From a virus, in IMG/VR virus record IMGVR_UViG_3300050016_000168, positions 2,432 through 66,431 of that record: a stretch of 64,000 nucleotides of DNA. One strand, written 5' to 3'. Below are positions 44,689-54,099 of the stretch, one piece after another (position 1 is the first letter of the stretch; each line of letters begins with the position of its first letter). The translations under genes and the position numbers were made by a program. The notes beneath the pieces are model-generated. The model saw nothing but the letters and a program-made list of their open reading frames with translations. It did no database searches and was not told where the DNA came from.

Positions 44689-47600
44689 TGGGCACCACGG
44701 TTAAAGACCTGAAGCGAAAGTCGAAGACGATCAAGTCCACTCCCGTGCTCCGTGCGACCAGAACTCCACTGGCTCTGCGGACACCCGAGCGGCCAATCCC
44801 GGTCTCAATTGTCCGCCAGCCTTACCAGCGCCGGCGCAAGTACAACGCCGAGTACATGGTCAAGGCGGTCAAGGTTGCACTGCGACCTGACGAGCTGATC
44901 CACATACCTCAGAGAGACCGCGAGATGGTCAAGGCGGCAGCTGACAAGATCTCACGCGGAGCTTCAATCGCATCTCTTGGTGGCCGGGGGGGAGGTCCAA
45001 GCGGACGCACACCGGGGCCACCGATGCCGGTCTCGGTGACTCAACTGGCGCAGGAGGCAGCGCGCGCGTTGCGTCCGTCCTCTGGCACCACACCAGCTGA
45101 CATCGAGGTCGCACTCCGTAGACAGGGAATTGACTGGGTTGAGCCATTCGCTCCCGGTCGACCTCTCACGCCCTACTACGGATACAGCCGACGAATGCGG
45201 CAAATGGACTACAAGGTCGGTCGAAACATCACAACCGACACCAGGCCAGATCGTTTGCCATTCTCATTGCTCAAACAGCTCAACGAGGGCTACGACATCG
45301 CGTCGATCTGCATCCGCCACATCATCAGCGACATGCGGGCCATGAAGCTCGGCTTCGGCCCCATGGACGATTACGACGGTGAAGTCTCGAAGGACATCCT
45401 GGAAGCAAAAAAGTTCCTCCGTAAACCTGACGGCAACCGGCCATTCCCGATCTGGCTGGCGCAGTGGATGATGGACATTCTCCGCTATGACGCCGGATGT
45501 CTTTATCGAGAGCGCAATGCCGCCGGCAAGCTGGTCGCCCTCAAGGTCGTCGAAGGCACCATCGTTGCTCCGATCGTCGACTACTACGGTGATCGGCCAA
45601 TCCCACCAGCGCCATTCCTGCAGCAGTTCGTGAATGGCATTCCGTGGGACTGGGCGACCACTGACGACGTCATCTACGAACCGCACTGGCCGCTGCCCGA
45701 GAGTCCATATGGCGTTGCACCGGCGGAGACCATCGTGCTCAATGCCAACACCGACGTCCGCTTGCAGCTCTTCTTCCTCCAATTCTTCACCGCTGGGGTG
45801 GTTCCAGAGATGCTGCTTGAGGCGCCAGCAGAGATGACTGACCCGGACGCGATCTCCGAGCTGCAGGAGGACTGGGACAACTTCTACGAATCCAACCAGA
45901 CCGGACGTCATGGGGCCCACTGGGTGCCTGCGGGGACCAAACCCTGGCCCTACAAACCGACGGTGTTCGATCCCAACTTGTCCAAGTACGTGATGATGCG
46001 GTCGGTTGCCGCCTTCGGTCTCATGCCTCAGGATCTGGGATTCACCGAGTGCTATTCCGAGGATACCGAGTGCTTGACCGCCTCCGGTTGGAGGCAGTAC
46101 CACGAGCTGAGCCGGGATGATCAGATCGCCACCTACAACCCTGAGACCCAACAGATCGAGTACCACTGTCCGATCTCGATCCACATTCATCAGCACAAGG
46201 GTGAGATGGTCCGTTTCAAGAGTCGCAGTGTCGATGTCATGGTTACGCCGCACCACCGGATGTGGGCTTGGAAGCAGACCCAGGACAGGACGCCACAGAA
46301 CCGTCCCTGGGACTTCATCGAAGCTCAGGATTTGGCTTCCGCCTCGAGATTCGGATTCGTCAACATCACCGAAGGACGCGACCATCAGCTCTGCCACGAC
46401 CACGTTTCGCGTGAGACGTATGACGGAGTGGTATGGTGCCTCGAAGTTCCGCATCACCTGTTCGTAACCCGGCGCAATGGAGTAATCGCAGTCCACGGCA
46501 ACACTGTCAACCGCTCGACTGCAGACGCTTTGGCAGATACACAGTTCAGGATTTCCACGCTGCCCAACACCGAGATCTACGAAGCGATCATCAACATGGT
46601 CATTCAGGACGACCTCGGTCTGCCCGTGGAGGTCCATTTCGACACCGGGCGGGAGAAGAAGGATCGACTGATGGAGGCTCAGGCCCACCAGATCTATGTC
46701 GCTATGGGCTCGGAGTCTCCGGACGAGGTGCGGGATGAAATCCTCGGTCTGCCTGTGGACAACGACAACCGGCTCCCCCGCTTCTACGACTCAGACCGAT
46801 TGGGTCCTGTGCCCCTGGCCTGGATCATGGCCGTCTCTGGAACCATCGATCCGAGCACCCTGTCTCCGTTCGGGGTGATCCCGCCATTGCCATTCGTCCC
46901 CATCATCGGCCAGAAGGAGCCATCCGGTCCGGCGGAGCCAGACGGATCTCCGTCCAGCGGAAGCTCTACACCAAAGAAACCAAAGCCGAAAGCGGCAGCA
47001 GCTGCAACCCCCACAGCACCGCTGCCCGTCCTCCCCACCGGTACCAAAATCCCGCCCGAGACGGCGGTCAGTCAGCCTGGCCAACACGCTAAGGATTCGC
47101 ACGAGCAGGTGGGCGACATGCACACCGATCCGGAGGGGCGAATTGATCAAGACGGTCATGCCGATGTGCCGACAGTCAAGCTCCGTGGTGCCGCTGCGCG
47201 CAACGAGTACCGCGTCGACGCCGGCCAATTTAATGCTCCTCCAGCCGGTACGACCGAAGGATCTCGAGGCCCGCGGCTGCCGCAGGGATCATCGGCACCG
47301 AAGCGGACATCTCCTCCACGGCGCTCTGCGAATGGCAACGCTCTGAAGGAAGGCGGAATCACATCTGGGACAGCGCTGGCAGGCATCGATGGCCCAAGCA
47401 CCGATGACGAAGACGATGACGTAATCCTGCTGTCGCAGGAAGCTCGTAAGGAACTGCTCCGCTGGCGTGATGTCGCGCGCAAGAAGGCTAAGGACAAGAA
47501 GAAGCAGCGCTACTTCGAGTCCGGCATTATCCCTCAGGAAGTCTCCACCCGGCTGCACATGGCGTTGGCCCAAGCGCAGAACCGAGAGGATGTGGACAAG

Positions 47601-48119
47601 GTCTTCGAGGCCGCCATGGATCCTCGGCCGACAAACGCCAAGCCGGAGCCACTAGACGTACATAAGATCAACGGTGTGGCCATACGCGCTGGCAATACCG
47701 GCCGCGTCCTCATGCTCCAGCGCGCGATGGTGCAAGGCGATCCCGCAGCTGGCCAGTGGGAGTTCCCCGGTGGACACAAGGGCTACGAAGAGACCGACCA
47801 GGAAGCGGGCTATCGAGAGTGGCAGGAGGAGACCGGCATCTTCTTTCCCAAGAAGGCGCAGCTCTTCTCTAGGTGGGAAAGCTTCAACGGACGCTACATC
47901 GGTTGGGTATACGAAGTGCCGACCGAGGATGATGTTCACATCGACGGTCGTGAGGATGTGAAGAACCCGGACGGCGACACGTTTGAAGCGGTGGCGTGGT
48001 TCGATCCGCGCGACCTCGCCAACCACCCGGGGATCCGTCCTGAGTTGAAAGCGGACATCGCTGCGGTACAGTCAGCATTGACCTGGCCGCGGAAGAAGAA
48101 TGAACTGGGACAGGAGTAA
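44688..48119 (+). CDS. Portal protein with mini-intein and C-terminal Nudix hydrolase domain
   Basis: SPYGVAPAE, GVVPE, AFGLMPQDLGFTE-intein-TVNRS; Nudix box at 47772-47840. Confidence 0.88.
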   Translation: MGTTVKDLKRKSKTIKSTPVLRATRTPLALRTPERPIPVSIVRQPYQRRRKYNAEYMVKAVKVALRPDELIHIPQRDREMVKAAADKISRGASIASLGGRGGGPSGRTPGPPMPVSVTQLAQEAARALRPSSGTTPADIEVALRRQGIDWVEPFAPGRPLTPYYGYSRRMRQMDYKVGRNITTDTRPDRLPFSLLKQLNEGYDIASICIRHIISDMRAMKLGFGPMDDYDGEVSKDILEAKKFLRKPDGNRPFPIWLAQWMMDILRYDAGCLYRERNAAGKLVALKVVEGTIVAPIVDYYGDRPIPPAPFLQQFVNGIPWDWATTDDVIYEPHWPLPESPYGVAPAETIVLNANTDVRLQLFFLQFFTAGVVPEMLLEAPAEMTDPDAISELQEDWDNFYESNQTGRHGAHWVPAGTKPWPYKPTVFDPNLSKYVMMRSVAAFGLMPQDLGFTECYSEDTECLTASGWRQYHELSRDDQIATYNPETQQIEYHCPISIHIHQHKGEMVRFKSRSVDVMVTPHHRMWAWKQTQDRTPQNRPWDFIEAQDLASASRFGFVNITEGRDHQLCHDHVSRETYDGVVWCLEVPHHLFVTRRNGVIAVHGNTVNRSTADALADTQFRISTLPNTEIYEAIINMVIQDDLGLPVEVHFDTGREKKDRLMEAQAHQIYVAMGSESPDEVRDEILGLPVDNDNRLPRFYDSDRLGPVPLAWIMAVSGTIDPSTLSPFGVIPPLPFVPIIGQKEPSGPAEPDGSPSSGSSTPKKPKPKAAAAATPTAPLPVLPTGTKIPPETAVSQPGQHAKDSHEQVGDMHTDPEGRIDQDGHADVPTVKLRGAAARNEYRVDAGQFNAPPAGTTEGSRGPRLPQGSSAPKRTSPPRRSANGNALKEGGITSGTALAGIDGPSTDDEDDDVILLSQEARKELLRWRDVARKKAKDKKKQRYFESGIIPQEVSTRLHMALAQAQNREDVDKVFEAAMDPRPTNAKPEPLDVHKINGVAIRAGNTGRVLMLQRAMVQGDPAAGQWEFPGGHKGYEETDQEAGYREWQEETGIFFPKKAQLFSRWESFNGRYIGWVYEVPTEDDVHIDGREDVKNPDGDTFEAVAWFDPRDLANHPGIRPELKADIAAVQSALTWPRKKNELGQE
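46050..46502 (+). mobile_element. 151-aa mini-intein in the portal
   Basis: CYSEDTECLT..GW, VTPHHRM, YDGVVWCLEVPHHLFVTRRNG...HGN followed by Thr. Confidence 0.92.
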
Positions 48120-48128
48120 GAGGTACTT

Positions 48129-48362
48129 ATGGCAACGAAAGAGGCTATCGACAATCAGTCAGCAAAACAGCGCGCAGCTGACAAGGTAACGACCGGGCAG
48201 ACAGCGTCAGGCCACAATGTGTCGACGGCATTCGACAGCGTCGACAATGCGACCACGGTTGGTGCAGCTGGAGGGGCGTCGGCACTGCCGGCCACTCCGG
48301 TTGGCTACACCATGATCACCATTGGTGGCGTCCTCTTCAAGATGGCGTACTACAACCCCTGA
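48129..48362 (+). CDS. Small virion fibre/decoration-like protein
   Basis: AGGASALPATPVGY..I.I.G..K..YY, a typical fibre C-terminal motif. Confidence 0.6.
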   Translation: MATKEAIDNQSAKQRAADKVTTGQTASGHNVSTAFDSVDNATTVGAAGGASALPATPVGYTMITIGGVLFKMAYYNP

Positions 48363-48868
48363 TTCAGATCTACGTTCCCTGGACGAAGATTGCTCGTGAG
48401 ACGGAAGAAGCTCTTCGCGGAGTAGTCCACACCAGAGTTCCGATGCGGAGTCCAAGCGACTACTCAAGCCTTTTTCGAGCTTTGGTCGATCTTGGTAATG
48501 ACTTTGCAATCATCGAGCACGACATAGCCATCCATCGGGACGTCATGCCGCAGCTCGAAAGCTGTCTAAACCCATGGTGCGTGTTTCCATTTTCGGGCGG
48601 CCACGAACTGTTCTACGAAGGCCTCGGCTGCGCTCGGTTCAGAGTCAAATCGTTGCTCTCGATCATCCCCGACTTCAGTGCCAGGATCGGAGACTGTCGG
48701 TGGAGCGACCTCGATACAAGAGTAGGAACGATCCTCAAGGAGGCAGGTGTTCAATTTCACACCCACTTGCCTCCAGTGCTTCATTTCCATCACTGGGAGG
48801 TGCCATCCGGACATCTGCCGGGATGTAAATGTCCGACCTGTACGTGGGTCAGAGGTGTGCATCCTTAG
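48359..48868 (+). CDS. Glycosyltransferase-like (GT-A) protein, probable CTG start
   Basis: IYVPWT, IIEHD, GLGCARF, HTH..PVLHFH. Confidence 0.5.
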   Translation: MIQIYVPWTKIARETEEALRGVVHTRVPMRSPSDYSSLFRALVDLGNDFAIIEHDIAIHRDVMPQLESCLNPWCVFPFSGGHELFYEGLGCARFRVKSLLSIIPDFSARIGDCRWSDLDTRVGTILKEAGVQFHTHLPPVLHFHHWEVPSGHLPGCKCPTCTWVRGVHP

Positions 48869-48933
48869 TGATCACGTGCTTGAACGAGGGGTAAGATGCT
48901 GATCGTCATCGCAATATCTAGGAGGGAGAATCG

Positions 48934-49290
48934 GTGAACCTCTTCCAGCAAGCGTCAACCGGACTTACTGCCAACGGGTCATCGGCACCGATCAATGTCC
49001 CGGCGTCCATCCGACGTCTCGAGTTCGACCTCAACATCTCGGCTCTGGCCGGCACCTCGCCGACCATCACGATTTTCGTTGAGGGTCTGGACGACGAAGG
49101 TGTTTGGTATTCGCTCTACGCTCCCACCGTGATCAGCACGGTGGTCGACACGCCGCAGAGCATCGGCCCCGGGATGCAGTCCAACACCGTCATCCCCGAT
49201 ACCATTCGGGTGCGCTGGGTGATCGGCGGATCCGCCGGCCAGACGGTCACCTGCACCATGTCTCTGATTGGACAGCCAGAAGGGCAATAG
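48934..49290 (+). CDS. Beta-rich virion/decoration-like protein
   Basis: SD GGAGG; IRVRWVIGG motif. Confidence 0.6.
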   Translation: MNLFQQASTGLTANGSSAPINVPASIRRLEFDLNISALAGTSPTITIFVEGLDDEGVWYSLYAPTVISTVVDTPQSIGPGMQSNTVIPDTIRVRWVIGGSAGQTVTCTMSLIGQPEGQ

Positions 49291-49316
49291 GCGTGTGCTG
49301 GAGTTGCTCATGCGGG

Positions 49317-49814
49317 TCAGAATCTCTTGAGATATCTGAGGGCTGCTTTGAGCAACACAATGGAGTCATGAAGTTGTCCGATTCCTGCGTTGCAATTGGA
49401 ACAAAGCAACCCCCGACGCTTTCCAGTCAAATGATCGTGGTCAACAGCAAGAAGTCTTCCGTTAGGAGGGTTCAAGCAAATCGCACAGACGCCGTCCTGG
49501 CGGTCCAGCATCGCTTCGTATTCTTCGACAGTCATGTCGAATTTCCGTTTCAACTCTCCCTTCCGGAATACGGCCGGACTTCGCTTTCGATAGTCGCGGT
49601 AGTACTGACGGGAGTGTTCAAGCTGCTCCGATGTACGATTTCGTTTGTACTCTCGGTGGCGCGCGTTGTCGCACAAGCGACAGTAAGCTCCGTGTCCCGT
49701 ACCACCACGTTCTGGTTGAGGCTTTCCAAATTCCGACAGTGGCTTCCTCTTGCCGCACCTAGGACAGCGTTTATTTTTTGCTTCCAGGTCGGTGGCCGTA
49801 CGTTGGAAGACCAT
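49317..49814 (-). mobile_element. Free-standing endonuclease VII-family homing endonuclease
   Basis: EEYEAML..QDGVCAIC...LAVDHDH..G..RGLLCSNCN..IG; antisense to the head operon. Confidence 0.9.
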
Positions 49815-49833
49815 ATGAGGATCTTACTATAAA

Positions 49834-50493
49834 TTGTGTTGGACTTGCGGCTGTATGATTCCCTCCGATCCTCATGGTGATCTCAGAAACATCATTACTA
49901 TGCAACTCGATGCGGCGACCAAGACGGATGCCTTCCAGTCGAAGAACCACGACCAGGGAGTGCCGCAGGCAGTAGCCAACATTACCAAGACGCTCTCGCT
50001 TTACCGCGGGCGCTCCGCCGGCGTGTACCCATTCAACGCCATGAAGGAGTTGGGTGCGGAAGTTGCTCTCAAGGCGGTGGCTGAACAGTCGGAGCGGCAG
50101 TACACTCTCGCTCTCGCTTACCCAGCCAATCGAGCCGATCGTTCTGTGGCGGCTGACGGATTCCGCGACTTCGCTCCCGCCGACGTGCTCGAAAATGCGG
50201 CTTGGGGCTATCTCAAGAAGGGGGCGAGAGTTGGTCTTCTCCACCGCAAGGGAACTGAGGGTAGTGGTGTAGTTGTCGAGTCGTACATCTATCGCGGACC
50301 GGACTGGGAAGTTGTAACGCCCAGCGGCGAAAAGACGATGATCAAGTCCGGCGATTGGCTACTCGGTACTATTTGGGACAACCTAGCATGGAGAGCAATC
50401 AAGTCGGGAAAGCTGACAGGAATGTCCCCACAGGCTAAAGTCAGACGTCGTATTCCCAGTGCAGAAGCTCTGGCTGGGTTGAGGAGAGACTGA
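49834..50493 (+). CDS. XkdF-like prohead protease
   Basis: LAYPA, LLH, VVESYIY, GDWLLG, IKSGKLTGMS. Confidence 0.8.
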   Translation: MCWTCGCMIPSDPHGDLRNIITMQLDAATKTDAFQSKNHDQGVPQAVANITKTLSLYRGRSAGVYPFNAMKELGAEVALKAVAEQSERQYTLALAYPANRADRSVAADGFRDFAPADVLENAAWGYLKKGARVGLLHRKGTEGSGVVVESYIYRGPDWEVVTPSGEKTMIKSGDWLLGTIWDNLAWRAIKSGKLTGMSPQAKVRRRIPSAEALAGLRRD

Positions 50494-50494
50494 T

Positions 50495-52087
50495 ATGGCG
50501 GTCGAGATAACAGAATTCGTCGAGATCGATCCAGACAGCGTTCACGCGGTTTACAAGGCCGCCAACGGCACCTCCTTCCTCATGATCAAGCAGGTCGGCG
50601 ATGACGATGCCGACGATAAACCGGAAGAGGACGAGGAGCCGGACGAGACGGGCAAGGCGACCAAGGAGCTGTTGTTCTGTGGCGACCCTGGTTGCGAGGT
50701 CTGTATCGGCCGCGCCGCAAAGGGCAAGCTCAAGATGTCAGAGCGACGGCAAATGCCGAAAGCTGACTTCGCCGTTCCCGACAAGGCTCCCGAGTCGGGG
50801 TCCTATCCAGTCAACGATCGCGCCCACGCGCGCAGCGCCCTCTCTCTCGTCTCCCAGCACGGGACACCTGAGGAGAAGGCGGCTGTCCGCCGCAAGGTGG
50901 CTTCTAAGTACCCCGACATCGGTCAGGGGAAGAAGCAAAAGAAGCAGCTGAGGAAGGCGCTCAAGGAGGTGCCTGCGCAGCAGACGGTCGAGCAGTCCTT
51001 CCACGGCATGGTCCCCGCGACCGATGCTCAGATGGAGCAGACCAAGAAGAACCAGCGTAGCCAGGCGCGTGGTGCTGGCGGCACATCGGACAGGCCGAGT
51101 GGGCAGCCCAAGTTCCCGGATGTAGGCACCATCCCTCAGAAAGACACCGGCTACGGTCGCACTGCCTCGAGCCAGCCGTCCATCACCACTGACACTCAGG
51201 GCGCGGAACGGCAGACCGAGGAAGAGGCACGGCAAAACGCATCCAAAGAGGCTGCGAATCCAGACAGCGGCATGGAGCACGATATGCACACCGGGCTCGG
51301 TGACGCCAATCCCGAAGACGTGCCGCGAGTTGCTGGAACCGCAACTGAGGAGGCGCAGTCACAGACCCGAGCCAACGTGCGTGAGGCGAAGAAGGGGTTC
51401 AAGTTCAAGGTCAAGAAGACCGGAAAGAAGAAGCGGAAGAAAGGCACACCCCACGAAATGAGCGGTGCGCTGAAACAATCGGATACGCAGAGGGTAGTAT
51501 CGTGGCCACACGCCACAAAGGAGCTGGACAACATGAACGGTGCCGAGTTCGCGGAGACCCTGATCGCTACGTTGGACGCCCGCGATGCTCGGAAGGCCGA
51601 GGAGCGGAAGGCCAAGAAGACAGCTCGCAAGGAAAAGGCCAAGAAGGCTGAGAAGAAGGCTCGCAAGGCCGGAGCGACGACCGCGGGGAACGAAGAGGCC
51701 GCTCGATCAGCGGCGAAGTCGATGACCCCCGAGCTGCTCGTCGAAGGTGTTGCGTCCAAGGTTTCGGAGGCGTTCAAGACGGCGCTCAAGCCGCTCGTGG
51801 ACGACATCGAGAACCTGAAGAACCAGCCGGCTCGTCCTCGCCTCGCGGTCAGCAACCTCGCTGGCCAACAGCCGGTCATGCGTGACCAGGCCAAGAAGGG
51901 CGAAAGCCCGATGGACCAACTGGCCCCGCTCGAGGAGATGTTCAAGTCCGAACGGGACCCATACAAGAAAGAAAAGCTCGGCAACGAACTGACCAAGGCG
52001 AGATTGGTGATCCGGGAGCGCATCGCTCACGGGGTGCCCGTCTCAGGAGCGGACGCGGAAGCGCTCGCCGCTGCGGTCGCCCGCTAG
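50495..52087 (+). CDS. Scaffold / capsid maturation protein
   Basis: Charged and low-complexity, between protease and capsid; YPVNDRAHARSAL module. Confidence 0.7.
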   Translation: MAVEITEFVEIDPDSVHAVYKAANGTSFLMIKQVGDDDADDKPEEDEEPDETGKATKELLFCGDPGCEVCIGRAAKGKLKMSERRQMPKADFAVPDKAPESGSYPVNDRAHARSALSLVSQHGTPEEKAAVRRKVASKYPDIGQGKKQKKQLRKALKEVPAQQTVEQSFHGMVPATDAQMEQTKKNQRSQARGAGGTSDRPSGQPKFPDVGTIPQKDTGYGRTASSQPSITTDTQGAERQTEEEARQNASKEAANPDSGMEHDMHTGLGDANPEDVPRVAGTATEEAQSQTRANVREAKKGFKFKVKKTGKKKRKKGTPHEMSGALKQSDTQRVVSWPHATKELDNMNGAEFAETLIATLDARDARKAEERKAKKTARKEKAKKAEKKARKAGATTAGNEEAARSAAKSMTPELLVEGVASKVSEAFKTALKPLVDDIENLKNQPARPRLAVSNLAGQQPVMRDQAKKGESPMDQLAPLEEMFKSERDPYKKEKLGNELTKARLVIRERIAHGVPVSGADAEALAAAVAR

Positions 52088-52114
52088 CCGAACCACCACA
52101 AGGAGAAAATAGAC

Positions 52115-53632
52115 ATGTCTTGGGGAGCCGATACCCTCGGCGTCTCGAACGACACGTTCGAGATGATCAAGGCGGCGACCAGCGGCATCGTGACCGGTAC
52201 CGATCTTGCCGGCATCGATCTTCAGCCGCTCGTTTCGCTTGTCCCGACCGACACTCCGTTCTTCAACTCGACGCCGCGCGTCGGGGCGAAGCAGGGCGCG
52301 CTGTTCGCCTATTGGCAGGCGCTGCTCAACGTCAACAACCAGCAGGTTGACGTCGGCGTTCCGTTCGACCAGGCAGCTGGACTGGTTCAGATCGCGAACC
52401 AGTACATCTTCTCGCCGTTCGTCCCGCTCGGCCTGGGCGGCACCGTCACGCAGGACGCTCTTGCTCAGGCGCAGGGCTACGCCGACGCGCTGGCAGTGGC
52501 CACGCTCGAGACGATCAAGCAGGTGCTGATCGGCCTCGACATCCACCAGATCGGAGCGCAGAGCTTCGCTCTGCCCACCGTCGGGACCATCTCGCTGACC
52601 ACGTCAACGGCAGGGGGCTCGGTCGCCACGGCGACCACCCTGTTCATCAAGTGCGCAGCTCGTTCCAGCGTGAACTACTACCGTGGTGGTTCAAACGTAG
52701 CTTCGGCTGAGGCGAGCCTCGTCGACGGCGCAGGCAGCACCAACTCCTGGACGGCGACCGTTCCAGCTGTCAGGGGAGCTGTCGCCTACGATTGGTACGT
52801 CTCCAGCACGACCGGCACGGAGAAGTACTACACGACCACAACCGTCAACACCGTGGTGATCACCTCGATCCCCGGTTCGACCCAGAACGTTCCCAGCCTC
52901 CCCGGCATCTTCAACGCCGGTCTGGCCGGTCCGGCATCGGTGCCGGTGGCAGACGTGTCCTTCCAGACGTACTGGCAGAACGGTCTGATCGCCTCCATCC
53001 TGGGCGATTTCTCGGCCCAGCCGGACGCGCTCGGCGTCTCCGGTGCGGTGGCCAACCTGGTCACCCCGGGCTCCGGAACCACACAGGGCGCGTACTTCAA
53101 GAGCCTCGACGGAGGCAAGCTCCACGTCGCCGGCGCGGCGCTGCTTGAGCTGGACGCGATGAACCAGGCCATTTACGACACCTACCAGCTGACGGCGACA
53201 CGTTATCTGATGGGTTCGCAGTCGATCAACGATATCGCCAACGCGGTCTTGAACAACCCGCAGGCGGTGACCTGGCTGGTGCCAACGGACTCGGACGGTC
53301 GCGCCCGGGTCGTCGCAGGTGGCGCCGTGGCGCTCTACCTGAACAAGACCGTGAACGGCAAGCCGATCACGATCGAACTGCAGCCGCACTTGGCCCCAGG
53401 GACCATCGTTGCGGTCGTCGACGAGGTGCCATTCCCGGGCGCTAACATCGACCAAGTGTTGTCAGTCGAAACCCAATACGACTTCTGGCGCTTCGACTAC
53501 GGCGCAAACCGTGCTGCGGGTGCCACCGGCGGCCCCCGGTACGACTTCGAGATTCGCTCCAAGCAGGCGTTCCGGAATAAAGCTGCTCCTGTGATGGGGA
53601 TTATCGCGAACATCGCCCCGGGCACCTCGTAG
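52115..53632 (+). CDS. Major capsid protein
   Basis: Position, strong SD, highly biased codons, LVPTDTPFFNSTPR and IELQPHLAPGTI motifs. Confidence 0.85.
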   Translation: MSWGADTLGVSNDTFEMIKAATSGIVTGTDLAGIDLQPLVSLVPTDTPFFNSTPRVGAKQGALFAYWQALLNVNNQQVDVGVPFDQAAGLVQIANQYIFSPFVPLGLGGTVTQDALAQAQGYADALAVATLETIKQVLIGLDIHQIGAQSFALPTVGTISLTTSTAGGSVATATTLFIKCAARSSVNYYRGGSNVASAEASLVDGAGSTNSWTATVPAVRGAVAYDWYVSSTTGTEKYYTTTTVNTVVITSIPGSTQNVPSLPGIFNAGLAGPASVPVADVSFQTYWQNGLIASILGDFSAQPDALGVSGAVANLVTPGSGTTQGAYFKSLDGGKLHVAGAALLELDAMNQAIYDTYQLTATRYLMGSQSINDIANAVLNNPQAVTWLVPTDSDGRARVVAGGAVALYLNKTVNGKPITIELQPHLAPGTIVAVVDEVPFPGANIDQVLSVETQYDFWRFDYGANRAAGATGGPRYDFEIRSKQAFRNKAAPVMGIIANIAPGTS

Positions 53633-53734
53633 GTCCAGGGCACAGGATGAGCCGAAGGGAGAAGATGGGCTGGAGGTTGTCCTCCACCAGCTCGTCTCTC
53701 CCTGAGGCTCCCTGACAAATAAAAGGAGGACGAC

Positions 53735-54076
53735 ATGTTCATCAAGCACTTTCGTGAGGTTACCTACAGGGTTCCGGACCCGATGCGTCCTGGCCACACC
53801 GCGTTCGACCGGCGCATGGATTCGGCGGGAACTCATGCGATATCGCACAACGGCAAGGAGTATCACGCCGATGCCGACGGATGGTTCGATCTACCCCCAG
53901 AGGTGGCCGACCATTTCCTCAAGTTCCCCGGCTGGTGCTCGCCGGAGATGGTCGATGAGGAGATCGTTGCGGGTAGGATTCGGAATGATGCCGAAGAGCT
54001 TCCCAACACCCGCGCCGAGATCAAGAAGACGACCACGAAGAAGCGGAAGGGAGCAAAACTGGCCAAGGACGTCTGA
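53735..54076 (+). CDS. Hypothetical head-region protein
   Basis: Strong SD; basic tail. Confidence 0.65.
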   Translation: MFIKHFREVTYRVPDPMRPGHTAFDRRMDSAGTHAISHNGKEYHADADGWFDLPPEVADHFLKFPGWCSPEMVDEEIVAGRIRNDAEELPNTRAEIKKTTTKKRKGAKLAKDV

Positions 54077-54099
54077 CGTCCGGAGAGTGAGGAGCTAAG

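Noticed and set aside
45264-46688. Long antisense ORFs (also 29541-30524, 51196-52023, 52691-53455)
   Set aside because: Shadow frames of GC3-biased genes with no motifs or SD
49293-49833. Group I intron around the Endo VII gene
   Set aside because: No room for a ribozyme core, the ORF is antisense, and the flanks are duplicated rather than complementary exons
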